Assembly: GCF_001194135.2 (NCBI RefSeq)
Contig: NC_068982.1
Coordinates: 184,803,710-184,848,333 of the forward strand
Direction: 5' to 3'
Source: Octopus bimaculoides
Taxonomy: Eukaryota
DNA: 44,624 bases
In this document: positions 12,960-26,073 of the stretch, piece by piece
How the letters are laid out: each line of letters starts with the position of its first letter
How positions within the stretch are numbered: the stretch's first letter is position 1
Translations under genes and position numbers: made by a program
Notes under the pieces: model-generated
Databases searched by the model: none
What the model was told of the DNA's origin: nothing
The model's input: the letters and a program-made list of their open reading frames with translations, nothing else

Positions 12960-13744
12960 NNNNNNNNNNNNNNNNNNNNNNNNNNNNNNNNNNNNNNNNN
13001 NNNNNNNNNNNNNNNNNNNNNNNNNNNNNNNNNNNNNNNNNNNNNNNNNNNNNNNNNNNNNNNNNNNNNNNNNNNNNNNNNNNNNNNNNNNNNNNNNNNN
13101 NNNNNNNNNNNNNNNNNNNNNNNNNNNNNNNNNNNNNNNNNNNNNNNNNNNNNNNNNNNNNNNNNNNNNNNNNNNNNNNNNNNNNNNNNNNNNNCGTATA
13201 ATTGTGTGAGTGAATGTGGGGAGGTGTGTGTTTGCGAAGTGCTGGTTTCTATAGAGTGTAAAGATCCGCAGAGATATAAGAGTAATCCTGTTATGATAGT
13301 TTGTGTGTGAGTTCCTGGACATCTGAATAAAAGCAATGTTCGTAATTACGTGCCAAGCTTTCGATTCCTACTTTAGCTTATCCGTGTAGATGCCATTTTT
13401 CAGTGGTCAGTTGTGGTGGTGAAGTGGCTTCTGTCAGACTGACCTGTCTTCAATATACTATTTCAAAAGAAAACCTTTGCTATTGATCCAACGTCTCTCA
13501 TCTTAGGCATGCCATATTCAGATATCTTTAATCATGTGGTGGTGGCCGTGGTATCGGCGTCGATAGTTGTGGAGAGGGTGCTTTTAGAGATTATTGTGCA
13601 GATGATGGTGGTGGTGTGGTAGGTGGATATGGTTATTCTTAAGGTAGGAATATTCATAGTTTTTATTGTAGTGCTGCAACGAGTATATCTTAATGGTATC
13701 TGAGGATGTGGTCTCTATATGTGATCCCTATCTACGTAGTCTGC

Positions 13745-13785
<41 letters not shown>

Positions 13786-13794
13786 CATACACAC

Positions 13795-14282
13795 ACGCGG
13801 GTGGGCAGACAAATTCATAGGCAGACTATGAAGGAGTGATGCTAAACCTGTGGAATCTTGAACGCATTAATTGCAACTCTTCTTTATTAATAACTTCATT
13901 GTTTCTTTCCAGGTAAACTGACATCTGATTGTTTAAAGAAGACTTCAAATGTAACTTCTAGCAATTCCTCTTGAAAATGGACAAAATTTGGCATTGTGGT
14001 GTTATCCAATACTTGCAGAAAAAGGGTTTAGCGCACAAGGACATTTGTGCTGACATGGTTACTACAGTGCAAAAGTGAGCAGCTGAATTTAGGAGGGAAA
14101 GGGTGAGTCTTCACGATGACCCAAGGTTTGGGCGCCCTGAAACTGTCACCACCAAGGAAAACATTGATCGTGTTCACCACATGGTGACAGATGACAGGTG
14201 ATTGACTATAAAACAAATAACCAATGCTATTAGGGTATCCCGTGACAGAATTAAGAATATTCTGCACAATGAACTTGGCATA
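13795..14282 (+). mobile_element. Mariner transposon 5' fragment (TIR plus transposase HTH region)
   Basis: MDKIWHCGVIQYLQKKGL..DDPRFGRPETVTTKENIDRVHHMV..DR*LTIKQI..ILHNELG; same 5' sequence as 25541-25790. Confidence 0.85.
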
Positions 14283-14284
14283 TA

Positions 14285-14761
14285 TAAGAAGTTACATTTG
14301 GAAAGAGATTTAGCTGCTAGTTTTAGCAGTTTGAATGATCTTATGAAGATCAGTCAACAAAGAACTCACTGCTCGGTCGTTCTAGCTGCTACAAATAACA
14401 ACCAAAGCCAACACTCACCCTGGTTTAGGAAACGTTCAACGAAACCACCTAGATGTGCCTGAAAGAATGCCAGATATCCCCGTAATGTGATCAGCCGCAT
14501 GTGCCTTTGATGTGGTGTTAGAAGACCCATTGAGCCATTCCAACCATAACATTCCCGTCATTGCTCGGGCGTAATTCGTCCAGTTCCATATTATCCAAAA
14601 TATTATCTTCTAAGATAGTTGCAAGAAATTTGTGAGAGATTTGGTTGTCACTTCTAGCAGTTAGAACGACCTCCCAGTCATTTCTTTGTTGACTGATCTC
14701 GAAAAGATCGCTCAAACTGCTTAAACTACCGACTAAATCTCATTCCAAATGTAACTTCTTA
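14285..14761. mobile_element. MITE-like element with about 125-bp imperfect terminal inverted repeats, flanked by TA
   Basis: 14283-14409 is the imperfect reverse complement of 14638-14763; the outer 31 nt match at 30 of 31 positions (TATAAGAAGTTACATTTGGAAAGAGATTTAG). Confidence 0.85.
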
Positions 14762-15245
14762 TAAGTAAATAAATATACTGATTGACCTACTCCTAGATAT
14801 GAACTAGACAAATCGTCTGAATAGTCAGATAGAAATTCCACCGAACAGTAATAATTAGTGCTTATATGAGTCATGTCTACAATCACATCTACTTCACAAG
14901 GTGTAGATTTATCTTGCATTTCAATAAAATAGAGTTCACAGAAGTCACATTTGCAGACGAACGTATCTTACTTAAGTGACGCAAGATTATCTTGTTAATA
15001 CGGACAGCTGTTTACAAATACTATCACAACTGATTACACACACACACATATATATAACTAGGTGTAGCTAGCGTTTCGTTTGATATATACTGGTCTTTAT
15101 CGCATATTGTATATCTTATAACAAGTGTTGTAACCACAGCTGTCACTCGCAAGCATCCACTTTTTTTTTTTCGCTAAATCAGGTTGAGATCTGACATACC
15201 TTGATTCTCCTATCCTTAACGCAGCGGAACATTGAGGAAATGACA

Positions 15246-15286
<41 letters not shown>

Positions 15287-15394
15287 CGTGTGTGTGAGCG
15301 TGTGTGTGAGCGTGCGCGCATCGGAAGGGAGAGCGGAGGGAGGAAGGTAAGAGAGAGAGAGAGGCAAAATATTGCGCCAGTACTTTCTTTTTGG

Positions 15395-15510
15395 GCTGGT
15401 ACTCATTTTCAGATATAGTGAACAAGAGGAAAGTGAATCGAAGTGTCTTGCTCAAGGTTACTACATGCCACCTAAACCTGGAAACGAACTCACGTCTTTA
15501 TTATCATGAA
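15395..15510 (-). mobile_element. Decayed tRNA-derived SINE 5' part
   Basis: GTGTCTTGCTCAAGG and GAAACGAACTCACG resemble the SINE segments at 26130-26150 and 29660-29710. Confidence 0.5.
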
Positions 15511-15539
15511 CTTAACATTCTAATCACTATGACAAATAT

Positions 15540-16440
15540 ACCAGTTACCACAAGACACTCTTTACCATCGTGCTCTACAGTCTCTTCAATTCTCTGGATG
15601 TTTTCTGATATTCCTAAATGTTCTTTTTTTTCTTGATATTTTCTCTACTATAATATAGGAGGGCAAAGTCAATGATCGTATATAGTCTATCCTTTTTTCT
15701 CTGTGATCATATGTGGTCTCCTCGCTTCAATAATATGATCAGTCTCTATGGAGAAATCTCCTAATATCCCGTAATTATCATTTACCAGCATAGCTTCTAC
15801 CTATTTTCAAACCACTTTTCCGTTATTTCGAATCTACAAACCCCGCTAGCATCCCAATGCACTCTTTTACCGACTCATTCATGTCTACGTTTATACCCTT
15901 TTGTGCCTCTACTGCATTCGAATAGATGATGGTTAACATTTTCCCCCCTCTTATCCACACATTCTGCGTTTGTTGTCTGAGTTTCATCAACCACTGTCTT
16001 AATCTAATTCGTTCTGAAGACTTGTTTCTGAGCGGCCATAACTCTACTTTTCGTTTTAGGTTCCCATTTGTTAGCTATAATCGCCGTTCTTGACTTTCCA
16101 TGTCCTCGATTTGTTACATGAATTGATCATGGCGTTCTATGTCTTTCCAGCTATTTGTTCTACCATGATTCTTTCTAATATTTTAATCTTTCATTGCTTC
16201 ACTGACTTCTATATTTCTAGCCGCAGCTAATTATTTTACTTCTTTATGCACAACGTAATTTTTCAAACCCCAAATCGCAGTATTGATAGTGTCTCCTGTA
16301 TTTAACAAACCTCGGCCTCCTTCTCTTCTTGGTAAATAGAGCTTGTTGCCATTACTTTTAGGATGGTGTGCTGTGTGCATTGCTTGCTACTTCTTAGTTC
16401 TTTTACACAATTCTTGTAGCTCTGTCTTGATGACAGTTAA
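15540..16440 (-). mobile_element. Decayed R4/Dong-like non-LTR retrotransposon, 3' part (thumb to RLE)
   Basis: Minus-strand HHPKSNGNKLYLPRREGGRGL and DFSIETDHIIEARRPHMI..IIDFAL (PD..D-type RLE remnant). Confidence 0.8.
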
Positions 16441-16835
16441 TGATCACTTAATGTATATTAAACCCCGGTAGTGTTTAGACCAGGGGCCTAAACTTTGTAA
16501 CGAGTATATATATTCGGAATTCAACCGGATAATATTGAATGCCTGATATGTAATCAGGGCGATAAAAGCATCATTCATCAACAAAAGTTNNNNNNNNNNN
16601 NNNNNNNNNNNNNNNNNNNNNNNNNNNNNNNNNNNNNNNNNNNNNNNNNNNNNNNNNNNNNNNNNNNNNNNNNNNNNNNNNNNNNNNNNNNNNNNNNNNN
16701 NNNNNNNNNNNNNNNNNNNNNNNNNNNNNNNNNNNNNNNNNNNNNNNNNNNNNNNNNNNNNNNNNNNNNNNNNNNNNNNNNNNNNNNNNNNNNNNNNNNN
16801 NNNNNNNNNNNNNNNNNNNNNNNNNNNNNNNNNNN

Positions 16836-16877
<42 letters not shown>

Positions 16878-17041
16878 GCAATGGGCTTCTTTCAGTTTCC
16901 GTCAACCAAATCTACTTACAAGGCTCTGGTCGGCCCGAGGCTATAGCAGAAGACACCTGCCCAAGGTGCCTCGCAATGGGACTGAACCCGGAACCACTTG
17001 GTTGGTAACACAGCTACTTTCCACACAGCCACTCCTGCGCC
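16878..17041 (-). mobile_element. tRNA-derived SINE family B, 5' half
   Basis: Minus strand GGCGCAGGAGTGGCTGTGTGG..GGTTCCGGGTTCAGTCCC..CCTTGGGCAGGTGTCTTC..GGAAACTGAAAGAAGCCC, then (TA)n and an N-gap. Confidence 0.8.
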
Positions 17042-17089
17042 TATAGAAAAATGTTTAACTAGATCTCTTGTAATTTCTGGAAGAGATTT

Positions 17090-17600
17090 TATTATGTGTT
17101 TTATTACTACTTCTCAACACCCATGCCTACTTGGCCACTGAAGGAGCAACATTGAGAACAATCTTCCAAGTAAACTTATAACACTCGGCGTTCAGCGATG
17201 GGAACCCCGTGTCCATTTTTCGATACTGGAAGATTCATACATAAGCGAACATATCAGGTACTGGGTGGTTAAAGTTCGAGTATAATCATAAGACTGAAGG
17301 AAATCAAATTGTCATGGCGGCTTACTGAACTCGTGATCATTTCTGGTAGTGAAGTTTATAATCTGGCGGAAAGAATTGGAAATGCCACACAAGATCGAAT
17401 CAAAAATGTTCGATCTGGTTGCCCTCCATTTTCACGATCCTCGCAAACGTATTCTAAATGGAATCGGCACAATATCCCTTGGATAAGTGCAGCTTCTGTT
17501 TCATCTCTAGCACAACCCTACACACACCGAAAAAAAGTTGGCTCCTGAATGTAAATTCAGCAGGGAAGTATTCGCACCACTACTCAGAATTTGCAGGTAG
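17090..17600 (-). mobile_element. Possible highly decayed MULE/Mutator transposase relic
   Basis: Minus-strand DETEAALIQGILCRFHL, NDHEFS and VYLED loosely follow the MULE motif order; weak. Confidence 0.2.
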
Positions 17601-17715
17601 TCATGAACGAAATCTCAATATATTACTTACGGTTTTTCTTTTAATATTTTGTGTACAATTGTTATATAATGAACCAACAAGAACCTTTTGTTTCAATAAT
17701 ATTTTCTGATCAAAA

Positions 17716-17926
17716 GGTAGTGAGTTGGCAGAATTGTCAGCGCGTCAGACCAAATGCTTAGCGGCATACGTCCATCTTTACGTTCTAGTTTCAAATTCCG
17801 CCTAGATTGACTTTGCCTCTCATTCTTTGGGATCGATAAAATTAGTACCAGTCGAAAACTGGGGTCGATATAATTGACTTAGCCCCTCTCCCAAACTTGC
17901 CGTTCTCGTACTAAAATTTGAAACCA
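17716..17926 (+). mobile_element. SINE family A, tail type 2
   Basis: GGTAGTGAGTTGGCAGAATT head, TTCAAATTCCGCC, CTGGGGTCGAT and an AAAATTTGAAACC tail. Confidence 0.85.
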
Positions 17927-18094
17927 GAATTATCCGATCAAAGCATGTTTAGATACTCAATTATTTCCACATAATCTCTCTCATATTCAGCGCTCTTCAT
18001 AATCGTTCGAAAGTCGGAAACGACTAACTCGAGTTAAGGATTTGAGAAAGTTAATCCTCCAACAATATACATATTAATTTCATTTATTCATGCA

Positions 18095-18125
<31 letters not shown>

Positions 18126-18654
18126 TAGCAAAATCTGTATATTATACATAAAGCGTATATAACGTTGAAAGCCTTCTAAACTGCGGTATTCGTCTCGAGA
18201 AAGCATCTTTTATAGATGAAAAATGTTAACAAACACAGACACATAGCAACAGCAGGCGAGAATCATCCGGCAGTGGTAGTGGCATTGGTAAATCGAAACA
18301 AATGTCACATTTTAGAAGGCTTTAAACAGTATCTATGCTTTCAGTATGATGTACATATTCTAATTTAAAATAACACTTCTTTCGCTGTTAACAACACACA
18401 CACACACACACATACACATTGTTATCATCACTAAAATTGGAATTTTAATTAATAAATTTCTTTGCCTAACTACATCAAGTGTGCTAGCGCTCAATCTATT
18501 ATTAAGTTTTCTTGCAGTAGGCGCCACTGAGTATTTTTCTCCAGAATTTTAAAAATCTATAACAATGAGACTGGATATGGGTGCGTATGCGTGCGTGTGT
18601 GCGCGCGTGTGTGCATGTATTTGCGTATATACTGTGTATTTCTACTAGTAGTAT

Positions 18655-18997
18655 GACTGTTATATCACCGCCATCACCACCACCACCACCACCACTACTT
18701 CTGACACCACTATCAGCGCCACCTAATCCATCATTCAATTACACCCACTACTACCACTACCACCATCATCGTCACTGCTACAACCACTGCCGCCGCCACC
18801 ACTACCATGGTACCATTAATCTTAATAATATTCCACTTGTACACTATGATCGGTCGGCGTCAGCGATAAGATCTTCTGAAGAATCTTTGATTTCATTTGG
18901 AACGAAAAGCGAAACATTTATCCATCACCATACAGAGAACTACCACCAACACTAGCACAAAGAATTATCGCCGCTACCAACACCAGAGAAACGCTCA

Positions 18998-19041
<44 letters not shown>

Positions 19042-19119
19042 AACTACAATCAAACACAGAACTACCACTAGTACTATAGCATAGAACTATCACCACACCA
19101 ACACCATTAAACACAGAAT

Positions 19120-19174
<55 letters not shown>

Positions 19175-19270
19175 GCTGCTACTACTACTGCTACTAATAC
19201 TAATACCACCACCAACACCAACACCACCACCATCATCACCACTACCATCACAACTACCAACGCCACCACC

Positions 19271-19302
<32 letters not shown>

Positions 19303-19870
19303 CACCACCACCACCATCACACAGAGAACTAGCAGTACCGCGACCACAACCATCACGCACACAAACAAAAATGCCACTACCACCACCACTATTACATACA
19401 TAGAACCACTACCACTATAACACACAGAGCAGAACTACTACCAACACTATCATACACCATCATCAAACATTCAGAACAACCACCACACTATCACAACCAC
19501 CGCCGCCACCACCACCACCNNNNNNNNNNNNNNNNNNNNNNNNNNNNNNNNNNNNNNNNNNNNNNNNNNNNNNNNNNNNNNNNNNNNNNNNNNNNNNNNN
19601 NNNNNNNNNNNNNNNNNNNNNNNNNNNNNNNTTATCACTACCAACGTTATCATACTGAACTACCACCACGCTACCCTACGCAGAACCACCACCACTAACA
19701 TCTCACCCAACACTACTACCACCATCACAGCGCCTTTACACACCACACTAACACAACCATCACACACTATTACCAAGCTGTAATATCACAAACGACACGC
19801 TATCCCATACAAAACTACCACTACCATCTCAGAACTACCACTATCACACACATACATACACACACACACA
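18655..19870. repeat. Large (ACC)/(ACT)/(ATC) trinucleotide low-complexity field with an N-gap (19520-19631)
   Basis: Directly visible; explains the poly-T/L/V/S ORFs. Confidence 0.95.
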
Positions 19871-20424
19871 CACGCATTCTTATACGCGTACATACATACA
19901 TGCATACATACACGCATCATTAACTCCAGAGACAGTACAGTGGAGCGAATATACCATGTCCCTGCTATCACACAACGTCATATATGCTAACATTATGACC
20001 ACCATCGGCTCTAACAAGCATCATCGTAAGCCAGAATTCGATCGTACATTGACGTTGTCAGGGGTTACCAGTAACTTGAATAGCATCAAATTATAATATC
20101 TATGCGGAAGACAAACAAAGGTTCAGTTCAATGCTGTACACACTATATAATTCACGAGAGCTGGAGTGCAGGGTTGAGCCCCAAACGCTTCCAGTGAACA
20201 TTAATATCATGATCAACATCGTAAACAGCAACAATATAGTAGCAGCAACGACAGCTATCAAGAACAACCTCTAAACTGTTTTCTCGGGTGAGACAAAGTT
20301 TTATTTTCTAATGGATCATAATAAGTGCTTATAGAATGTATGTATGTATGTATGTGCAGATTTGTATGTTTTATGTATGTATTCTCATGCATATAGTTAC
20401 ATATCTAGACATGCTCATATATTT

Positions 20425-21907
20425 CTAAATGGTAAACTTCTGGAAAGTTCTACAGATTTTTACAATTCCAGTGATGGATTGGATCTGTATTCTTCGAATT
20501 AGCCTTCTCCTTTCTGGTTTTGAGAAGCCTAATTTCTCAAGATTGGTATTTAGGCAGTGTGTTACATATCCCAGTGCCCCAATAATTACAGGTATAAACC
20601 TGAACTTGTAATCTGGATAGAGTTACTGCAGATAAATCAATAGTTCAGCATAGGTGTTCTCTTTTTCACTGATCTTCAGCTTTATGTTAACATCCACTGG
20701 GCAACTAATTCACACAACTCTGCACAGTTTCTCTTCTCTATCCCAAATCATTATATCAGGTCTGTTGTGCTTACATTTTATTGAGGTCTTAACTGNNNNN
20801 NNNNNNNNNNNNNNNNNNNNNNNNNNNNNNNNNNNNNNNNNNNNNNNNNNNNNNNNNNNNNNNNNNNNNNNNNNNNNNNNNNNNNNNNNNNNNNNNNNNN
20901 NNNNNNNNNNNNNNNNNNNNNNNNNNNNNNNNNNNNNNNNNNNNNNNNNNNNNNNNNNNNNNNNNNNNNNNNNNNNNNNNNNNNNNNNNNNNNNNNNNNN
21001 NNNNNNNNNNNNNNNNNNNNNNNNNNNNNNNNNNNNNNNNNNNNNNNNNNNNNNNNNNNNNNNNNNNNNNNNNNNNNNNNNNNNNNNNNNNNNNNNNNNN
21101 NNNNNNNNNNNNNNNNNNNNNNNNNNNNNNNNNNNNNNNNNNNNNGTACTTGGTTGATATTTCTTTTTCCTGGATTGCAAACGCATACCCTTCAAAGTGA
21201 GAGGGAGTAATCCGGCTATTCGTCCATGATAAACTGCTTTGACGATCATTACTATCATCACGGAGCTTTCTACTGCCATTTCCATGCATAGTCTTCTGCT
21301 CATATAGGCTCATCCTTTCATCTGATGATACGCTGCGGTAGAGTCGTGCGACTTCTTTGGGCATGTATTCTAGGTTATCAGACAAAGAGTGTTGCTCAAG
21401 GAGCTGCCTTCCAAGTCTTATGATGCTATCAGCCTCATGTACGCAAACTTGGTCAAGGGATGCACTTCGACACTTGGTGGTTAGAAGATGTTGCCGAAGG
21501 GATACGATGCGACATTCAAAGGCATTTTGGATCGATGTTAAACATCTGCCGCCTTGTTTTTGGTTTTAGGTAGAGGTGGTCTACGTCACTGTTTATGTGG
21601 AAATTATGTGTGCTTGTTAGTATTATTCGGGTTTTCACATCAATGGCTCGGATCTCATCTGGCGTCCAATCAAGCAGCCCAAATGTTGGTATGAGTACTG
21701 GTACTGCAAACACATTGTGGGTCACTGATTTATTGAATGCAGAAAGTTCTGGGGTCCAAATTTTCTTTATTCGGCTGTAATATTCTTTAGTGACACGTGT
21801 TTTGTTACAGGTACCATAGTAAGATATATTTTCATCCACTCCTGGATACCTGTAACATTCCTCGTCAGATACAAGGGAAACAGTCAAATCCTTGATGGAG
21901 ATCTTAC
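20425..21907 (-). mobile_element. 5'-truncated R4/Dong-like non-LTR retrotransposon (RT end, thumb, gap, complete RLE domain to stop), pseudogenised
   Basis: YRYPGVDENI..HINSDVDHLYL; after the gap KHNRPDIMIWD..ISCPVD..SEKENTY..FIPVIIGALG..IQSITGIVKICRTFQKFTI* (TAG at 20425-20427); internal stops. Confidence 0.9.
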
Positions 21908-21947
21908 TATGTATGTATGTATGTATGTATGTATGTATGTATGTATG

Positions 21948-21998
<51 letters not shown>
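21908..21998. repeat. (TATG)n(TATC)n microsatellite
   Basis: Directly visible. Confidence 0.97.
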
Positions 21999-22150
21999 GC
22001 TCTCTTCAGTCCTTAGTTATTTGAAGTCTTCTTTTAAGGAATGATCTGGTTTCTCACAAAGATATAACTTGAGGAAAATCTTGCATGTATTTATTGTCCT
22101 TCTTGCAGATTGTATTTGTAACATGCACGATGGCGGCTTGATTTCTTTTA
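21999..22150 (-). mobile_element. 3' end of a second, diverged R4/Dong-like element
   Basis: Minus-strand MLQIQSARRTINTCKIFLK parallels RIQIQSITGIVKICRTF of the 20425 element. Confidence 0.5.
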
Positions 22151-23821
22151 CTAAAAAAACAAATTGTCACATAAGTATTTACTAAAACCAAATGCATCAA
22201 TTATTTTATGTATGTATGTATGTATGTATGTATGTATGTATGCGTGTGCATGTATGCATATGTGGTCGCGTATGATTATATGAATGTGTATGGGAGGCTG
22301 ACCGTATATATGTGTGTATTTATGCGTGTGTCGATGTTTATATGCGTTTGTATGTATATCTAAGTGTGAGCTTACAGTTGTTTTACCCTTCACTATTCAC
22401 GTGACCTACGTTTGTAATTGAAACATTTTAGCTGCCTGATTATACATGTCATCCACCCACGCACGCACTTGAGCATATTTTAAGAATTCCAGAAAGTATG
22501 AACCTTAGTAACCCCACTACAACAGCATTTGAACTCAGAGCCTAGAGATATCTAAATGTCACAGTGCATTTAGTTGTCAAAATGTTGTGTTCGCCATTTT
22601 CTTTACCACGGCGCTTCCATCTTCTTTAGACATTATTAATTTGAGATCCAATAGCTACATTTTGGTGAAAGAACAAGACTAATGGTTTAGAGTGTTGTAG
22701 CATTAATCCTTCTTCAAAGAGATCACAATGGTTTTACAACAAATGATGAAAAGTGGATCGGATTCAAGGCTTTACCTAAACCACAGCCCACTGTTAAAAC
22801 AAAATTGGAGAAATGTGGTTTTATTCTATGTCTGATAAAGACAGGATATTTAGATTTACATTCAATAACAGATCCGCTCATTCATAGCTGACCTGGTGCT
22901 AAATAACGACAATATGTCGCATGTGTGCCGCCTGGGTAGACTTTGAGTGTTCCCCCTCCCCACCCCTCGGAGCCAATACAACCTATAAAGGCTTATACTG
23001 CAGACTCAAAAGTGCTGCGCTCATTTACCGACTAGTTATGCTCCTAGCTCAGAACTAACTCTGATTTAAACTCACCTTCTACGTCGTTAACCATTTTCCG
23101 TTGAATTTTTACCTACATACAAGACGACGGATTCCGTAGCATTGTGTAAATACAGAAGCAAATATACACGCACGAAAAAGCACCCATGCCTTTCGTATGC
23201 AAGTGTTATTGTGTTATTTCGACCACTTGTAACTGCTGAACAAAGACAGCACACTAGTCGATAGTTTGCTACGTTATCCCCATCGCATATTACTTGATCG
23301 TAATACTACATTGCGGGAACACCTCTAGCTTTTTCTCCAAGATGACGTACTTAATGGCGGAAATGGTTTTGAGATTATGCAAACGTATGCGGGAATGGGT
23401 TCTGTTAAGCAAATGCGTGAAACTACTACCATGGCCCTTAATTTGATCTTATAACCCTTCTGTTAAATGGTCATGGCCTACCACTGTTTATTTTGGCTCA
23501 TAGAACCACCCTTCCTCCTGGCTATCTCAGAAACCATGCAAAAGTATCAAGGATGCTGCCTAACTACATTCGAGTTAGACATAAATCAAATGGGCATTTT
23601 TTGTCATGTGATTACCATTCAAATAAGCTGTATATTTTTGTTAATAAAGATTCTTTTGTAAAGATACTGCCAGGGAGTTTAACATTTACTATATATCAAA
23701 ATCTGCTCAATGAGTCTTGTAGCATCGTTCTGCAATTCAAATCATATTTACTAACCTCCATCCACACCACATTTAGTGCTGGTGACTTGTCAGAAGATAT
23801 TTTACTGACAGAAATTATATA

Positions 23822-23850
23822 AATACACACACAAACGCGCACACACACAA

Positions 23851-23931
<81 letters not shown>

Positions 23932-23955
23932 TGTATGTATGTATGTATGTATGTA
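23822..23955. repeat. (CA)n(TATG)n microsatellite
   Basis: Directly visible. Confidence 0.97.
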
Positions 23956-24499
23956 TTATGTATGTTTTTTTATGAATATACACATGTATAAGTATACACA
24001 CATTCATAATCATAAATACCAACGAAAATACACAAATGTATCTCTGCACTCTGCATACTTATTTATACACACATATACAAACGCACGAATACTCAAAACA
24101 CAAACACAATACATATAAGAATATATANNNNNNNNNNNNNNNNNNNNNNNNNNNNNNNNNNNNNNNNNNNNNNNNNNNNNNNNNNNNNNNNNNNNNNNNN
24201 NNNNNNNNNNNNNNNNNNNNNNNNNNNNNNNNNNNNNNNNNNNNNNNNNNNNNNNNNNNNNNNNNNNNNNNNNNNNNNNNNNNNNNNNNNNNNNNNNNNN
24301 NNNNNNNNNNNNNNNNNNNNNNNNNNNNNNNNNNNNNNNNNNNNNNNNNNNNNNNNNNNNNNNCATATATATATATATACAATGGCGATTATTTCATTAG
24401 TGAAGAAATTACAGTAATTAAATCAAATGTCAGCTAAATAATTTACTTGCTGCAGAAGCCTTGAAGAAAACCTATTTGACAAAGAGGATGGTTGGAGGT

Positions 24500-24845
24500 G
24501 ATTGAAGATGACAGAAAATTGAATATAACTATTGGTGACTGATAGCGACTGAGGATGACTGAATATAAGTGAAGATGATTGAAATTGACTGAAGACAATC
24601 CAAGATCACTAAAGATAGTTGAAGATAACTAAAGATAAGTGAAGATGGTTGCAGATGAGGGACGATAACTAAAGATGGCTGAAAATGAATGAATATGACT
24701 GAAAATGAATGACGATGACTGAAAATGAATGACGATGACTGAATATGAATGACGATGACTGAATATGAATGACGATGACTGAATATGAATGACGATGACT
24801 GAAAATGAATGACGATGTCTGAATATGACAGAAGATGACTGAAGG
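24500..24845. repeat. Minisatellite with a 20-bp unit GAA(A/T)ATGAATGACGATGACT built on a 10-bp subunit
   Basis: Eight in-register 20-mers at 24681-24840; degenerate GAAGATGACT-like 10-mers upstream. Confidence 0.9.
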
Positions 24846-25540
24846 AAACTGACGAAAGAAATCAACTGCCTTCCCACGGCGCCATTACATTCTTTGAAAT
24901 TAGAAGAAAATAGAAAAATCGTTAATTTTGTAAAACATTGGAAATTGTGACCCACTTCTTTCCTGTATCAAACTATAAATATTGATTTCCTACCACTGAA
25001 GCGAGGGGAGTGGTTTGTAAGAGAGGTGGGGAGACAGAAGTGATGGTATCTTGTCTGACTGAACAGTTATCGCAATACAGAGCTGATGCTCATTACCATC
25101 GACATAATGAATTTTTAATAGAAGGTGACGAAGTAGGGGTACATACCGTCTTGAACTGAGACCAGAGTATAATATAGGTATTTACTGTTATTGATCATCA
25201 TCTCCCATCGCCATGTAAAGATGAAATCTAAAGTCAAACGTCAACAAAAGTAAGATTGTGATCTGAAAAGTGAAGGGCCGTAAATAAATACATTTTCGTG
25301 GCTTTTCTCACTCCACTGCTTTGTCTTTTTATTATAGGTGCGAAAGCCAGACCTTTTGTGAGAGCAAACAATCAAGTAATTCATTCCATTATTTAACTGG
25401 TATTAGATTGGAGGAAAGAGCAAAAGTAGGTGTCCGTGAGTAAAACGAGGGCATGGAGAGGGAATTCTAGTGAGGTGATCTGGCAGATGTGGTAAGGGTT
25501 CTGAGCGGGTCTTACTGAGACAAGAGATGCCCGAAATGAA

Positions 25541-25888
25541 AGAGGGTAGGCTGAAAGGTTCATAAGCTGACTATAAAGGAATGATGCTAGACCTGTGAAA
25601 TTTTGCATGCATTAATTTCAACTCTTCTTATTAATAACTGTATTGTTTCTTTCCAGGTAAACTGACATCTGACTGTTCAAAGAAGATTTCAAAAGTAACA
25701 AGTAGTGACCTCTCATGAAAATGGACAAAATTTGGCATTGTTGTGTTATCAAGTACCAGCACAAAACGGGTTTAGCCCCCCTCCCCCCGCCGGGCACTCA
25801 AGAAGGATTATGTCGAAAAATAAATCTCATTTGGTCCCATTCCATGAAAGTATCTTGGTCAGCCTATGAACTCTTCAGCCGACCCACG
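25541..25888 (+). mobile_element. Internally deleted mariner with both TIRs (non-autonomous)
   Basis: Left GAGGGTAGGCTGAAAGGTTCATAAGCTGA versus right TCAGCCTATGAACTCTTCAGCCGACCCACG followed by TA; contains the MDKIWHCCVIKY start shared with the 13795 copy. Confidence 0.85.
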
Positions 25889-26073
25889 TATGCAATCATA
25901 ATTTCAGGAGAGTTATTTCCATTGTAATAGCGATTCAATAAGTAGAATGAGAAGACAGCATGGCTGGTTCGGAATTTGCAAAGTATGAATGTGTGAATAT
26001 TTCCCAATTCGATAGATGTTTTTTTTATTTTTATGTGGTCTATTATGTTTAAGTATATAGCAGCAAAATAAAA

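Noticed and set aside
13345-13390. Minus-strand GAAAGCTTG resembling a Penelope hammerhead end
   Set aside because: Core and stem I are not recoverable
18581-19425. Pro/His/Thr/Ser-rich mucin- or extensin-like ORFs
   Set aside because: They lie wholly within trinucleotide repeats, with homopolymer translations in all frames and no splice support
23493-23822. 109-aa ORF with normal-looking composition
   Set aside because: No recognisable domain; the minus strand has weak LINE RT-like remnants (KSPAL, KLPGSIF), so it is probably antisense to an old LINE
24681-24840. CRISPR-like appearance of regular repeats
   Set aside because: The units are contiguous with no unique spacers, and the context is eukaryotic
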